A DNA stretch of 64,000 bases, taken from assembly GCA_951406725.2 (NCBI GenBank), contig OX597817.1, positions 83,824,001 through 83,888,000 on the forward strand. The letters run 5' to 3'. The number at the start of each line of letters is the position of its first letter. Positions within the stretch are counted from its first letter, which is position 1. Origin of the DNA: Octopus vulgaris (taxonomy: Eukaryota). Under the pieces are notes generated by a model. The model did not search any database, had not been told where the DNA came from, and was given only the letters and a program-made list of their open reading frames with translations. A program made the translations under genes and the position numbers. Of this stretch, positions 1-13,478 are shown one piece after another.

Positions 1-108
1 ACATTCTGAATTCAAATTCCAAAAGGTTGCTTTGCCTTTCCTCCTTTCAGGGTCAATAAATTAAGTACCCTCCCTCGAAATTTCAGGCCTTGTGCTTATA
101 GCAGAAAT
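1..108 (+). mobile_element. SINE family B, partial
   Basis: The core TTCAAATTCC...TTTGCCTTTCCTCCTTTCAGGGTCAATAAATTAAGTACC is shared with the copies at 11322, 31788 and 49452. Confidence 0.7.
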
Positions 109-152
109 TATTATTATTGTTATTATCATCATCATTATCATCATTATTAGTA

Positions 153-183
<31 letters not shown>

Positions 184-1126
184 TATGCCTACTATAATAA
201 AAAATAAATATTCAGTTATATGTAAAAACAGGAACAAAGTTGTTGGAGATAGAAAACAGAATGATAAGACATTTATTATATTTAATAAATCATGTTGAAG
301 AGAGATTTCAAATAAAATTAACAATAGCAAAAACTGATGAATGAACTTTTAACAGTTGTTTGACTTTCTACAAATAATAAAATATTGTTGAAATTACATG
401 CGACTGCTACAAAAAAAGTAATAACACATTTTCTGTTAAATATATTATAATGAAGAAGGCTGCTTATTAACTAAGTATATAACAGTTCCTAAAAGTATTG
501 AAAGAAAGCAATTATTAAAGACTTGACCATCTGGAAATTTTTTCATAAATTCATGTTCCAAGAAATTTCCTATAATTTCAGTTTCTGAACTTTATTGGAT
601 TTTTGGACTCCAATTTTTCAAATTTAAATATTTGTTGCATTCATTGTTGAGTATTCCATTTTCATTTGCGAAGTCTCACACTCTCTGTTTCGATGCTTGC
701 ATTTCAATTTTTAATTTGCTATTTGGAAAACCAACAGTTTATTCTATTAATATATATGTAATGTAAAAACATTATTTACTGAAATAAAATTTTTTAATAC
801 ACTGGCATAATTTTTGTAACAAAAATTAAGAAGTGATTTTGTTGTTATGGCTATTTGGAATGCTATAAACCTTACAATAATAACTATCTGGACCGATTTT
901 GGACCATTTTCTTTTTTAAATCAAAAACCATGGGAGGAGCCTTTTTTGGTAAAAAAAAAATTTTTTTTGAATTGTAAATATTTTGTCTACCCAAGAAATA
1001 TGAAAGGTGGAGTTAACCCCGGTAGGATGTGAACTCAAATAGTAAAAACCCAAAAGAAATGTTTCAAAGCATTTTTGCAATTCTATAACAATTCTGTAAC
1101 TTGACATCTTAATAACAATAATAGTC

Positions 1127-1572
1127 CTTCTTACTATAGGCACAAGGCCTGAAATTTGGAGGAGAGCACTGTAAATTCATAGACCCCAGTCCATAACTGG
1201 TATTTATTTCTTCAGCCCCAGAAGGAGGAATGGAAAAGTTGACCTTGCTGAAATTTGAACTCAGAGTGTAAAAATATAAAACACTGCTAATCGTTTCATC
1301 TGGTGTACTAAATACTCTGCCAGTTCGTCAGCTTAATAACAATAATAATAGTAATTCTTTCTACTAAAGGCACAAGGCCTGAAATTTTCGGGAAGAGGAC
1401 TGGTCAATTAGATTGATACCAGTGTTTCACTGGTACTTGATTTATCGACCCCAAAAAAGGATGAAAAACAAAGTCAACTTTGGCAGAATTTGAACTCGGA
1501 ACATAAAGATGAACAAAATACTGTTAAGCACTTTACCTGGCATGCTAATGATTCTGCCAGCTTGCCACCTTA
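1127..1572 (-). mobile_element. Two adjacent SINE family B copies (about 1127-1334 and 1355-1572)
   Basis: The reverse complement of the family B consensus occurs twice, separated by (AAT)n. Confidence 0.75.
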
Positions 1573-2284
1573 ATAATAATAAGAACAACAAGAACAAGAA
1601 GGTTGGCCCATTATTTCATGCATGCATTTAAGTATATAGACTTGGTTAAAAAAGACGTCAAATTCATATTAAAGCAGTTCTTTATTCTTTATCTTGTATT
1701 AGCCATCATGGCTAAAGCCAGGTTGGAACACAGCATTCAGTGTACGTTTTATTTATTTCATTTATTTATGGAGATTAAAATACATTAAGAAATAAATATA
1801 AAAAGCAAAAACATCTAGATCTTTCTATCTTAAATGACACCTGCCAATATGTCTATCTTGCATTCAGTCAAATGGAAATACAACTTGATAGCAAAATCAT
1901 TTGCAAACTGTACATGTTTTGTGTTTTACTTTTGTAAGAAAAACTGTAAAAGAAATGTTAAGCCTGTACTTTTATTATTTCTTGCTACTTTGTAATAATT
2001 TTTGTGGTTTTTATTATCTTTGTTACTTTACCGCACGTTCATGTTTGATTAAGCTAGTTTTAGTGTTGTATACGTTTCGCCCGCTATCATTTGAATTCAT
2101 ATGGAGGGGATTAGTTAAAGCATGGCTATGTGGTTAAGAGGTTTTCTTCACAAGCATGTGATTCCAGGCTGGTTCCTTCTAAGTGACACACTAAGCAAGT
2201 TATTTTGTTTTATAGCTTTGGCTTGACCAGTGCCTTGAGTGGAATTAGTTGATAGAAGATAATATATGTGTGTGTATATATATA

Positions 2285-2650
2285 TCATCATCATCATCAT
2301 CGTTTAACGTCCGCTTTCCTTGCTAGCATGGGTTGGACGATTTGACAGAGTACTGGCGAACCAGATGGCTGCACCAGACCCCAATCTGATCTGGCAGAGT
2401 TTCTACAGCTGGATGCCCTTCCTAATGCCAACCACTCCAAGAGTGTAGTGGGTGCTATTACGTTCCACCGGCATGGGGACCTGTCAGGCAGCACTGGCAA
2501 CGACCACCCTCAAATGGTGCTTTTTATGTGCCACCTGCACAGGAGCCAGTCAAGCGGCACTGACAATGACCTCACTCAAATGTTTTTTCACGTGCCAGTA
2601 AGGCAACGCAGGTATGATCACACTTGAATGGTGCTTTTTACATGCCACCA
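2285..2650 (-). mobile_element. RTE-type LINE 3' end / RTE-tailed element
   Basis: (CAT)n tail followed by CGTTTAACGTCCGCTTTCC...GGATGCCCTTCCTAATGCCAACCACTCC, a 3' motif found many times in the window. Confidence 0.75.
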
Positions 2651-2664
2651 TATATATATATTTA

Positions 2665-3623
2665 TCAGGCTGAGTAAAAAGTAAACAATGTTTTGAAACA
2701 TGAAATTCATCACAATATATTTCAACAGTGTGGGAATTTTATTCATTGAAGTAATTACCATTATAATCAACACATTTTTGCCAATGGGTTACAAGTTTCT
2801 TTATTCTTGTAACATAAATATCTGGAGTTCTGGAGCAGATGAACCCTTTGAATGTACTTTCAGTATCTGTTTGATTTTTGAACTTCTTATCTCACAGGAA
2901 ACCATCAAGGTGCTTAAAAAAGTGGTAGTCGGTCAGAGAAAGGTCTGGGGAATAAGCTGGGTGGGGAAGAACTACTTAGCCAAGTTCTCTCAACTTCTGG
3001 AGCATCATTAGTGAAATGTGTGGTTGAGCATTGTCATGAAGAATGATTGGCCCCCTTCTGTTTCCAGTCTTGGATGCAAGAGTAGCACTTTTTTTATTCA
3101 TTTTTTACCCATTTGTTGAGCTGTTTTGATTTCCTGATTGCTTGCAGGCAGTTTTCTGGTTGACTTGATGTTCCGCCAGTTCTCAAGTGATTTTATCTGG
3201 ATCTTTCTCAATGATGATCTCTAACTGGCCATCATCAATGACATGGGCATCCACTATGGTCATGATCTTCAAGGCTCAGGTCTCTAATGCGAAATCATTA
3301 AAACCATTTTCAAGCTGACCACTCACTGGTCATTTCCACACCAAATGTTTTGTTGATATCATGATCAGTTTCACCTGCTTTACATCCTTTTCTGACGTTG
3401 AATAGCAAAATTGCTCGAATAACATGCTTTGATAGTTCCATTTCAGATGATTGTAACAATAGTGAAAAACTATCAAGGTAATTTATTGATGCATTTGGGC
3501 AAGTCTTTGTCTGTATTATCAGACAATATCAATAAAATGTTTAAGAAAAAATTTAAAACTCTGCAAAAGTTCAGTACAAATTCTTTAGGGTTCAAAACAT
3601 TGCTTGCTTTTTACTCAATCTGA
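2665..3623 (-). mobile_element. Decayed mariner DNA transposon
   Basis: TA-flanked TIRs TCAGGCTGAGTAAAAAGTAAACAATGTTTTGAA / TTCAAAACATTGCTTGCTTTTTACTCAATCTGA. A minus-strand remnant near 2940-2973 reads VLPHPAYSPDL. Confidence 0.8.
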
Positions 3624-3629
3624 TATATA

Positions 3630-3660
<31 letters not shown>

Positions 3661-4382
3661 GGCACATGCATGGCTATGTGGTAAGAAGCTTGCTTCCCAA
3701 CCACATGGTTCCAGGTTTAGTCCCACTGCATGGCATCTTGGGCAAGTGCCTTCTACTATAGCCTCAGGCCAACCAAAGCCTCGTGAGTGAATTTGGTAGA
3801 CAGAGACTGAAAAAAGACCATTGTATATATCTATGTGCATGTGACTTTGTGTTTGCATTTGTCCTCCATCATCACCTGTTTCTGCCCTCTTCCTTGTACT
3901 TCTCTCTCTATCTCTCTTGCTGGGTAACCATGTGCCTCCTCTATTACAAGACACCTGTCTCTGATTCTCTGTCTCTCTATCACACTAACTTTTCATCGTG
4001 TGACACAAGATCTCCTGCTCCAGTGCCCTCTTCCCTCTCAAAATTCCTTGTTTTCCAAGTTACTTGGTGACCCTGCTAGTACCATATAAAAAGCATCCAG
4101 TCCACACTGTAAAGTGGTTGGCATTTGAAAGGACATCCAGCTGCAAAAATTCTGTCAAGACTGACCTTGCTTGTGCTGGTACCACATAAAAAGCACTCAG
4201 TCCATTGTGTGGAGTGGTTGGTGTTAGTAACTGCATCCAGCTATAAAGACGATGCCAAAACAAACACAATTGACTGGGGTAATCTTCTACCTGGTCAGCT
4301 CCTGTCAACCATCCTACCCATGCATGCATGGAAGACAGATGTTAAACAATGATGATGATCATGACGGTGATATATATGAAAA

Positions 4383-4700
4383 ACTGGCACTATCAATTAT
4401 GATGACAAAGGTTTCATATGCTTTGATCAATGGAACAGCCTGCTTATGAAATAATGTGCAAGTATTTGAGCACTGCTCAGTTACATGTACCCTTAATGTA
4501 GTTCTCAAGAAGATTCATTGTGACAGAATGTGACAAGGTTGGTCCTTTGAATCAAAGGTACAGCTCACTTTTTCCAGCTGAGTGGACTGGAGCAACTTGA
4601 AGTAAAGTGTTTTGCCCAAGGACATAATGCTCAGCCAGAAATCGAACTCACAGCCCTATGATCATAAGTGTCAAATACACTAACCACTAAGCCATGTGCC
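4383..4700 (-). mobile_element. tRNA-derived SINE family D
   Basis: Minus-strand head with A box TGGCTTAGTGG and B-box-like GTTCGATTTC, followed by the conserved TTGCTCCAGTCCACTCAGCTG. Related copies lie at about 10790-11140, 12030-12235 and 23385-23665. Confidence 0.7.
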
Positions 4701-5187
4701 ATATATAAAAATTGCTCCATTCATCTAATTGAAGAAATGTACACACACGTGGAACCTAAAAAGTCACAAAAATGTAAGCCTAAAAACTTAATAGACTTTT
4801 TCCTGTTTTCCTTTTTTCCCAATTTCTTTTCATTCCCCTTTTTTCTACTACTGTATTCCTCTAAATCATTCTGATGATGTTTGTTAAATGGAACGAGATT
4901 AATGCAAATTTACTTTGAATTAACAAACTGAAAGGGCTGTAAATGTTCTTGAACTACAATTAAACAATGGCCTTTTAATACCAATAATCAACTTCTCATT
5001 GTTAATCGTTGCTCCATTTCTTTTCTTATCTGAATATATTAAACCACAGTTTTATGGTTTTATCATTTAAATTACCAACTACTGTTAACCTTATAGTAAG
5101 GCCTATACATAGTGAGGTAATACACCAGTAATGCATATGGATACATTTATGCCTTAGACTGTTGCATAATCTCTCATAATTTATATA

Positions 5188-5389
5188 CTCTTTTACTCTT
5201 TTACTTGTTCTAGTCATTTGTCTGCGGCCATGCTGGAGCGCCGCCTTTAGTCGAGCAAATCGACCCCGGGACTTATTCTTTGTAAGCCCAGTACTTATTC
5301 AATCGGCCCCTTTTGCCGAACCGCTAAGTGACGGGGACGTAAACACACCAGCATCGGTTGTCAAGCAATGCTAGGGGGACAAACACAGG

Positions 5390-5429
<40 letters not shown>

Positions 5430-5604
5430 CATACATATATACGACGGGCTTCTTTCAGTTTCCGTCTACCAAATCCACTCACAAGGCATTGGTCGGCCCG
5501 GGGCTATAGCAGAAGACACTTGCCCAAGATGCCACGCAGTGGGACTGAACCTGGAACCATGTGGTTGGTTAGCAAGCTACATACCACACAGCCACTCCTG
5601 CGCC
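5188..5604 (-). mobile_element. tRNA-derived SINE family A, near full length
   Basis: Head GGCGCAGGAGTGGCTGTGTGG...GGTTCAGTCCC, an internal (TA)n/(CA)n tract and an (AAAAGAGT)n-type tail. Many copies in the window. Confidence 0.85.
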
Positions 5605-5619
5605 TATATATATATATCT

Positions 5620-5872
5620 TCTTAATCCTTTTTGCCCCTTGTGGAGCATCGGGCCTCAACAGTTGTTTTTCACTTTGCGGTCATTGGGGTGTTTCTTGGC
5701 TGCTTCCCATGTCAGGCTGATGGTCCTGAGCTCATCCAAAATGCTCCGCTTCCATGTCTGCTTCAGACATCCTCGCTTCCTTTTCCCCTGCAGGTTCCAG
5801 TCAAGTGCTTGTCGTGTCACATTTGAGGGTTCTTCCCGCAGTGTGTGTCCAATCCATCTATATTTCCTTAGG
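5620..5872 (-). pseudogene. RTE/RTE-X LINE ORF2 C-terminal fragment
   Basis: ORF 5656-5922 contains RWIGHTLR...RQALDWNLQGKRKRG..KQTW, the characteristic RTE C-terminus. Confidence 0.8.
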
Positions 5873-5889
5873 TTTCCTACATATGGAGG

Positions 5890-6280
5890 GAACCTGTGGA
5901 AGAGGTGGACCCAGGAAGACACAGGACAAGGTGGTGAAGAATGATCTTTGAACTTTGGGCCTCACAGAGGCAATGACAAGTGACGGAAACTTGACTGAGA
6001 CCTTGGCAATATGCTATACTTGAGAAGATTGATTGAGCTGAGTGAAATCATAGCTGTGGCTAATGACAGTGTCATGTTACTGGCACATAAAAGCACCCAT
6101 GCCAGTGGCATGTAAAAACCACCTAATACACTCTTGGAGTGGTTGGTATTAGGAAGGGCATCCAGCCATAGAAACCATGCCAAATCAGACTGGGACCTGG
6201 CTCAGCTCTCTGGTTTACCAGTTCCAGTCAAACCATCTAATCCATGTCAACATAGAAAGCAGATGCTAAATGATGATGAT
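5890..6280 (+). mobile_element. 5'-truncated RTE LINE 3' end
   Basis: Remnant of GRGxPRKT..VVKNDL, then the shared 3' UTR and (GAT)n tail. Confidence 0.7.
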
Positions 6281-7054
6281 ATACATATTCTTCCACCATA
6301 TGTATGTATATATTAGAGTGTTACTCATCATATGACGGATAACTTTTGAGAGTGTATTGTTCGTAGTATAGGTAATAGAAGAACATTTGGCATACATACA
6401 ATAATTATGATTCAACTGTTATCAAATTCTGTTTTGGCATCTGGTTTGCAATATTCTTTATGTGAATTTGGGTGTTGAAACAAATTTTGTTGTGTCTAGG
6501 GAGAGTCATCTTACCAATATAATTAACACGCACACTGGTTCAATTCCACTCATTGAACTAGTGCATTTGTTAATTATATTGGCATGATGACTCTTCCTAG
6601 ATACAAGAAAATTTTATCAAATTTCTTGTGCCTATGCATTTTGCTAAAATGAATCATCATTATTTTCACATCATTTTTCGACGCTTGCACTTGGCCCATG
6701 CAAGCATGGAAAGATGATTTTCCACAGCTGGGTGCTCTTCCTGTTGCCAACCCTTGCCTGTTTCCAAATATGGTAATATTTCTCCATATTTCCACAGTGC
6801 TGCTTATATGAAAGTGACACTCAGCAACTGTAAGCTAACGAAGTTCATGACATAACTATTGTTTGTCCTGTGCCATCTATTTTTCTTATTGTTCTATACT
6901 CATCTAACACTTTGTTCTGAACCATATGTATATTGAGTTCTACACCAGTTTATTAGCCTTGCAATGCCTAAGTGAATTACACACACAGAGCAGGCTTCTT
7001 TCAGTTTCTGTCTCACAAATCTACACACAAGGCATTGGCTAGCCTGGAGCTATA

Positions 7055-7434
7055 CTCTTTTACTGTGGCCATGCTGGAGCACCACCTTTAATCGAGCAAC
7101 TCGACCCTGGGACTTATTCTTAGTAAGCCCAGTACTTATTCTATTGGTCTCTTTTGTCGAACCGCTAAGTGACAGGGACATAAACACACCAGCATCGGTT
7201 TTCAAGCAATGCTAGGGGGACAAACACAGACACACAAACACACATGCACATATATATATATATACATATATACGATGGGCTTCTTTCAGTTTCCATCTAC
7301 CTAATCCACTCACAAGGCTTTGGTCGGCCCGAGGCTATAGTAGAAGACACCTGCCAAAGGTGCCACGCAGTGGGACTGAACCCGGAACCATGTGGTTAGT
7401 AAGCAACCTACTTACCACACAGCCACTCCTGCGC
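7055..7434 (-). mobile_element. SINE family A nested in an older SINE A
   Basis: Family A sequence flanked by a CTATA duplication. The host SINE continues on both sides (about 6990-7054 and 7435-7760). Confidence 0.8.
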
Positions 7435-7455
7435 CTATAGTAGAAGATACTTCCT

Positions 7456-7683
7456 TAACCCTTTCGTTAATGTATTTATTTTGAGATGCTCTGTGTTTCT
7501 TTCAATTACTTTAAATATAACAAAGAATTTAGTAAAATAACTTAGTTATCATTCAGCTAGTGTTAGGAATATAAATTGTGACTAAGGTTTGGTGGAATAT
7601 TTTAATTCAAAACTTATGAAAACAAGACATTTGTACTACAGAGCCAGAGCCAGTTTTGGCCGGGTTGGTAACGAAAGGGTTAA
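7456..7683. mobile_element. piggyBac-type MITE (TTAA target)
   Basis: TTAA-CCCTTTCGTTA...TAACGAAAGGG-TTAA. Sister copies lie at 7804-8021 and 9654-9881. Confidence 0.85.
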
Positions 7684-7803
7684 GGTGATGCCCTGTGTGA
7701 CTGAACCCAAAACCATGTGGTTGGGAAATAAACCTCTTATTCACACAGCTGTACTTGAGCCTAGTAATACTAATTATTTTTCAAAGGAAGTATACTTAAT
7801 ACT

Positions 7804-8021
7804 TTAACCCTTTTGATACCAACCTGGCACTGGATCTGAGTACAAATGTCTTGTTTTCATAAGTTTTGAATTAAAATCTTCCACCAAACCTTAGTCACAA
7901 TTTATGTTCCTAATACTAGCTGAATGATAACTTAGCTATTTTACTAAATTCTTCGTTATATTTAAAGTAATTGAAAGAAACACTGAGCATCTCAAAATAA
8001 ATACAGTAACGAAAGAGTTAA
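7804..8021. mobile_element. piggyBac-type MITE, inverted relative to 7456-7683
   Basis: TTAACCCTTTTGATACC...GTAACGAAAGAGTTAA. The body is the reverse complement of the neighbouring copy. Confidence 0.8.
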
Positions 8022-9653
8022 AATATAATTAAGTAAAATAAATTTGCAATAAATGTATGCTATTAATTTTCTAAATTTTGTCAACATGATCACAATCTAC
8101 CTCATTGAAAAACTATCTCTGCAAAATTTCATATGAAAAATGGAAGGGTGTGGTAAATTTTTGGAAAATTATGACCTTCTTCAGCACTTCTTGTATTCAC
8201 TCTTTCTGCATCTCACTTTTACTCCCTCCTCCGTTCCCTCTTTATGATACAAAGCATGACTGGAGAAATCAGTTGATAGTCTGTGTTTTTATTCATCCCA
8301 GCAGCTATATGTAATATCAGTAATTGTACTATTCACTACTTCCTAAGTACTAGAAGAGAGATATTTCCTCTTGGCAGATGATTAGGGAGTACACGTTATC
8401 GACAAAGTGCAAAAAGGCCAAAATACACCTAGTATTATCTCTAGCTGTTGTCAGGATGAGTTTGTGTTTTTAAAACAGTACATCTAAGAAGCAGTTTTCT
8501 CTCCGACAAAAATTCTACACCAACATACCTCTCAACAGTGTATATATATTAAGTTCAATACCTGGATGGCTATTTTTAATTTAATGATGTTTCAATTGTG
8601 TACACTTAGGAAGAAAGGACATAGCTTTTAAATAGTTTGGAATTAGTTAATGTACAGCCTGAGATCTGCCACTGACAGAAAATATCTTAGCTAAATTCAT
8701 CCCTATTGACACAAAGCACTCTTTAAATGATTTTAATAATTTGGAAATAGTTGATGCGCAGGGTGAGGGCTGTCACTGATAGAAAATATGCTAGCTTAAT
8801 TTATGTATTTTGCATCTAAGAAAAAATATCACCAAACAAAACATTTAACTCAGCTTATCTATTTACTACAAATGGCTTATATGTTAAAGGTACAATTAAC
8901 ATTGTTTTCTTTTCTAATTTATTTTATTGATTATCTTTTGTTGTGGCAGTGATGCATCTCACATTTTAATATTGTCTATCACCATTGTATTTGATGTTTG
9001 CTCATCTCAGCCTGAGGGTTAGTCGCAAACTTCTTGTGTATTATTTATTTATTCACAACTAAGTTTTATAAAACTATATTTTTATTTTCTCTTATCATTT
9101 TTTCCTCTTATCTTCTTTTCATATATTTTCCTGTTTTTGTTGGCGTACTTTGTTTATGCCATTTTCTCAGAAATTGTTTTGATAATTTTTGCTTGTTGTG
9201 TCTAAGTGGTTTTTTTGCAGTTTTTTTGTATGTTTAGGGGTTGGTGGAGTGTTTTGTTTTATTGCTTTTAGTACAACTAGTTGATATTTCTAAAGAATAA
9301 ACAACAATTTTACAACTACTTACAATGAAATATATTTGCAAAAGTCATACAAGGAAATTAGATAAACAACTTTATTGCTCACTAGAAAATTAGATTTTTC
9401 ATACCTGTCAAACTTGGTTCTTTTCTTTTCAAATCATACAAATGAGCACAGTTTTATAAGAAATACTAACAACAAAATATATAATATACTATAAATTATT
9501 TCTAAAGATGACACTGCCTTCCTGATGAATTAAGAATTCAAAATAGTATACTACTCAGATAACCACAATTTTATTGCTTGCCTCCAACAGTTTTGTGCAT
9601 TTAGGATGGATATAATTGAATTAACTCTATATTGTTGATGTTGTCATTGTTGT

Positions 9654-9881
9654 TTAACCCTTTCATTACCAACCCGGCAGAAAATGGCCCTGGCTCTGAG
9701 TACAAATGTCTTGTTTTTATAAGTTTTGAATTAAAATCTTCCACCAAAACTTAGTCACAATTTATGTTCCTAACACTAGCTTAATGATAACTAAGCTATT
9801 TTACTAAATTCTTTGTTATATTTAAAGTAATTCAAAGAAAAACAGAGCATCTCAAAATAAATACGGTAACGAAAGGGTTAA
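9654..9881. mobile_element. piggyBac-type MITE
   Basis: TTAACCCTTTCATTACC...GGTAACGAAAGGGTTAA, same family as above. Confidence 0.85.
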
Positions 9882-11321
9882 CCCCCAGATCAGTTGTGAG
9901 AGTCTCACCTTGTATCTTCAAGTAGTGGATTATATTATCCAATGTATTTACTTTTCTAAGATTATATTTCGAAGTGAGAGGGAAATTTGGCTGCTGTTTT
10001 TACCAAGGCAGGTCATTATATAGGAACTTTCTCATTGGATTGGGGCTGCAACTTTGTTGTTTTTTGATTGACCACTGAAATGGTAAAGCTTGGACCAATT
10101 TCATTCATTCATTTGGTTTACATCTGTTTTTCCATGCTAGCATGAGTTACATGAATATATTATTGAAGCAATGTTTTACAATTGAGTGCCTTTCCTCTTG
10201 CTAATCCTTACCTGTAGGGGTCTCCTGTTTCACATATCTTTAAAGGGACACACACACACATATATATGTGCCTACTTAACATGGCTGTGCAGTTAAGAAG
10301 TTTGCTTCAGAAATATGTAACTATGTTGTTATGGTATCACACCTGCTGCAAAATAACTTAAGCAATTGTCTTGTACAAAAGCTCTGAGCTTTTCAAAACT
10401 ATGTGAGTTGATTTGGTAAATGGAAACCAAACGAAGCCTGTCACATGCCCACATATTGACATCATTCTTCATGATTTAACATCCACTTTTCCATGCTTGC
10501 AGGGAGCACATGCAATTTGTTGAGGTATTTTTCTACAGTTGCATGCCTTTTCTGTTGCCAGACACACCTGTTTCTAACCAACATAATATTTCCAAAAACA
10601 GTCTTGATTATCCTGAGATTTTCACAGAAAACTGAAAATAAACAACAATGCCTATATGATGGTGATGTTCATTTATAATTGTCACATGATGTCAAAACAA
10701 GAGCTCAAACACACAGACTCACACACCACATATAACATAATCAGTGATGCTACATCACAGAGATAGTGCAACAGTGAGCCAATGCTTCAAACTCTATGTA
10801 AATGGGTAAAGACTCCCCTCAGTCATAAATGACCATGAAATTTCATGTAGAATGTTCCCTTCCTAGGCACAAGTCTAGGCAAGGTTGTTCAAGGAAGACT
10901 AGCAGTCGCCGCCCATACATACCAGCCTCCCTTCTCCATGCCACCAATGTTATCAAAGGGAAAGGCAAAGGCTGATACAGCTTGGCACCAGTGATGTTGC
11001 GACTCATTTCTACAGCTGAGTGAACTGGAGCAACGTGAAATGAAGTGTCTTGCTCAAGAGCACAATACAGCCCAGTCCAGGAATCAAGCTCACTATGTCA
11101 TGATTGTGAACCTGACACTCTAACCACTGAGACATGCACCTTCATAGAACTCCATGTCCATCCTTGTATATCCAAATTTCAGTTGTTAGAGGTTATCTGT
11201 CCTCCCATTTGGCTGTTCTGGCCCCTTTTCTGATATTTTAACCTGTCACTTTCTAGCTTGAAGCTGCCTCTCTCAGGAACCCCATGCATGCTGTAAAGTG
11301 GTTGGCCATTAGGAAGAACAT

Positions 11322-11557
11322 AAGGCGGTGAGCTGGCAGAAATGTTAGCACGCCAGGCGAAATGCTTAGCGGTATTTCATCTGCTGTTATGTTCTGAGTT
11401 CAAATTCTGCCGAGGTCGACTTTGCCTTTCATACTTTCAGGGTTGATAAATTAAGTACCAGTTACGTATTGGGGTCAATGTAATCGACTTAATCCCTTTG
11501 TCTGTCCTTGTTTGTACCCTCTGTGTTTAGCCCCTTGTGGGCAATAAAGAAATAAGA
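11322..11557 (+). mobile_element. SINE family B, full length with TSD
   Basis: AAGGCGGTGAGCTGGCAGAA head and GAGTTCAAATTC B-box-like motif. Flanked by ATTAGGAAGA(A/G)CA direct repeats (11308-11320 and 11558-11570). Confidence 0.85.
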
Positions 11558-12551
11558 ATTAGGAAGAGCAAGCCATTCCTTGTGCCCACAGGATCCTCTC
11601 AAACTGTCCAACCCATGCCAGCATGGAATATGGATGGTAAATAATTATAATAATGATGATGATGTTGCTCTTGTTTCCAATCAATTTTTTGCAACACGAA
11701 TTCATGATCAAAACGTTGCATACTATATTTTCTAGGGAAATTGTACCTGATTCCTAATGACTATTACAGTAACTATTTTCTCAATTCCAAAAGCATGGAA
11801 TTATAATAATGTAATACCTGATCAAGAAAAAGAAAAGCTAGTCACAGTTTGAAGGGTTTTGTCAAAGGCCTGCTCAGTTGGGGTTGACCTGGGGCTAAAC
11901 AACATAAACTCAGTTGAATTATTTAGAGTAGAACTTCTTAGACATGATGATGTACTCTCCTGTTGAAGACAATGTATGAGTGTTTAGCATTAGCCAAATG
12001 ACCTGATAAATTGACAGTAATCAAGAGTATATGCTGTACGTTACTTGACATCTTTCATCAAATCGGTGTTACCTGAACAGGTGAACAGTGTACTATGCAT
12101 CAAGTGCTGAGGTGATCACAGAGCAACCTGAGATGAAGTATTTTGCTCAAGAATACAGAGCTTCACCTGATGTAGGAACTGAAACCACGGATGCAAGATT
12201 GTGAGTGCAACACACTAGTCACTAGGTTATGCATCCTCTTGATATCTACTCAAATACTGGTATGGAAACTAAACCTGGACAATTAATACAAGCTAAAAAA
12301 ACAGTAGTGCATGGTTATGATCAAAAATGTTTCAGCACCTAGTTTATAAATAAAGGGTCCTAATTTGATTCTAATTTGGTATTATGTACATGTCCTCTAC
12401 TATGATGCTTCAAGCTTACTGAGGATCAAATGAGTTTGATACCTCCTCTAGGTGTAAATAATTATAGAATATTTCTTCTTTGATACTGCAGACTTGACAT
12501 TCTGTAAACTACAGCAGGTGATACATACATATACACATATATATATATATA

Positions 12552-12599
<48 letters not shown>

Positions 12600-12600
<1 letters not shown>

Positions 12601-13003
12601 TTTTACTTGTTTCAATATTTTGACTGCAGCCATACTGGAGCACTGCTTTAAAGGTTTTTATTTTAGTTGAAGAAACTACCCCTAGAACTTAATCTTTGTA
12701 AGCCTAGTACCTATTCTATCAGTCTATTTCACCGAACCGCTTAGTTATGGAAACGTAATCACACAAACACCAGTTGTCAAACAGTGATGAGTGGACTAAT
12801 ACAGACACACACAGATAGATATATGCATATATATATGTATATATAACAGGCTTCTTTCAGTTTCCATCTCCAAAATCCACTCACAAGGCTTGCTCAGCCC
12901 AAGACTGTAGTTGGAGACACTTCCCCCAAGGTGCCATGCAGTGGGATTGAACCTGGAGCCATGTGGTTGCAAATCAAATTTCTTACCATACAGCCATGCC
13001 TGC
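12600..13003 (-). mobile_element. SINE family A
   Basis: Diverged full-length copy of the 5188-5604 family. Confidence 0.8.
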
Positions 13004-13389
13004 AAACACACTCACATATATATATATATATTTTTTTTCCCCATTTTCATATTTTCAGTTCATGGTCTAAAATAGTAAAATTTTTTATGTTGCTGTACTC
13101 ACCATTTCCATCATTAACATCATCATACTCATCACCATAACTGTCATCTTAGTGATCATCATCACCATCATTGTTGTTGTTATCATCCCATCCTCATCAT
13201 CAGCAGCTGCATTTTTTTTTTGTTTTTTCTACATAAACCTTTCTATGCTGAGATGCATTGGATAGGACTCCTTAATACATTCATATTGTTTGCTTGTTTT
13301 TCTTTTATTTTGCCCTTGTTTTCTATTATCTTTCTCTTCTTTTATTTTACTTCTTTTTTAACTATTTTTTTCTTTTTTTTTCTTCTAAG

Positions 13390-13478
13390 GGTCGGCACGC
13401 AGAAATTGACCTTCAACTACAACATAACCAGATTCAAGAAGATGAAGTTTCTGCCAAAAAAAATAGTGCATGGTTATG
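13390..13478 (+). CDS. FOCAD: Focadhesin internal coding exon A (89 nt, phase 0 to 2)
   Basis: A long polypyrimidine tract plus AG ends at 13389, and a GTAAGA donor starts at 13479. Encodes GRHAEIDLQLQHNQIQEDEVSAKKNSAWL+TG, resembling the human FOCAD segment GRLGELELQLKHG...KKSTAWLW as recalled. Splices in frame to the next exon. Confidence 0.9.

Noticed and set aside
12305-12319. 15-nt match TAGTGCATGGTTATG to the end of exon A
   Set aside because: No GT donor follows and there is no further similarity. Probably chance, not a duplicated exon.
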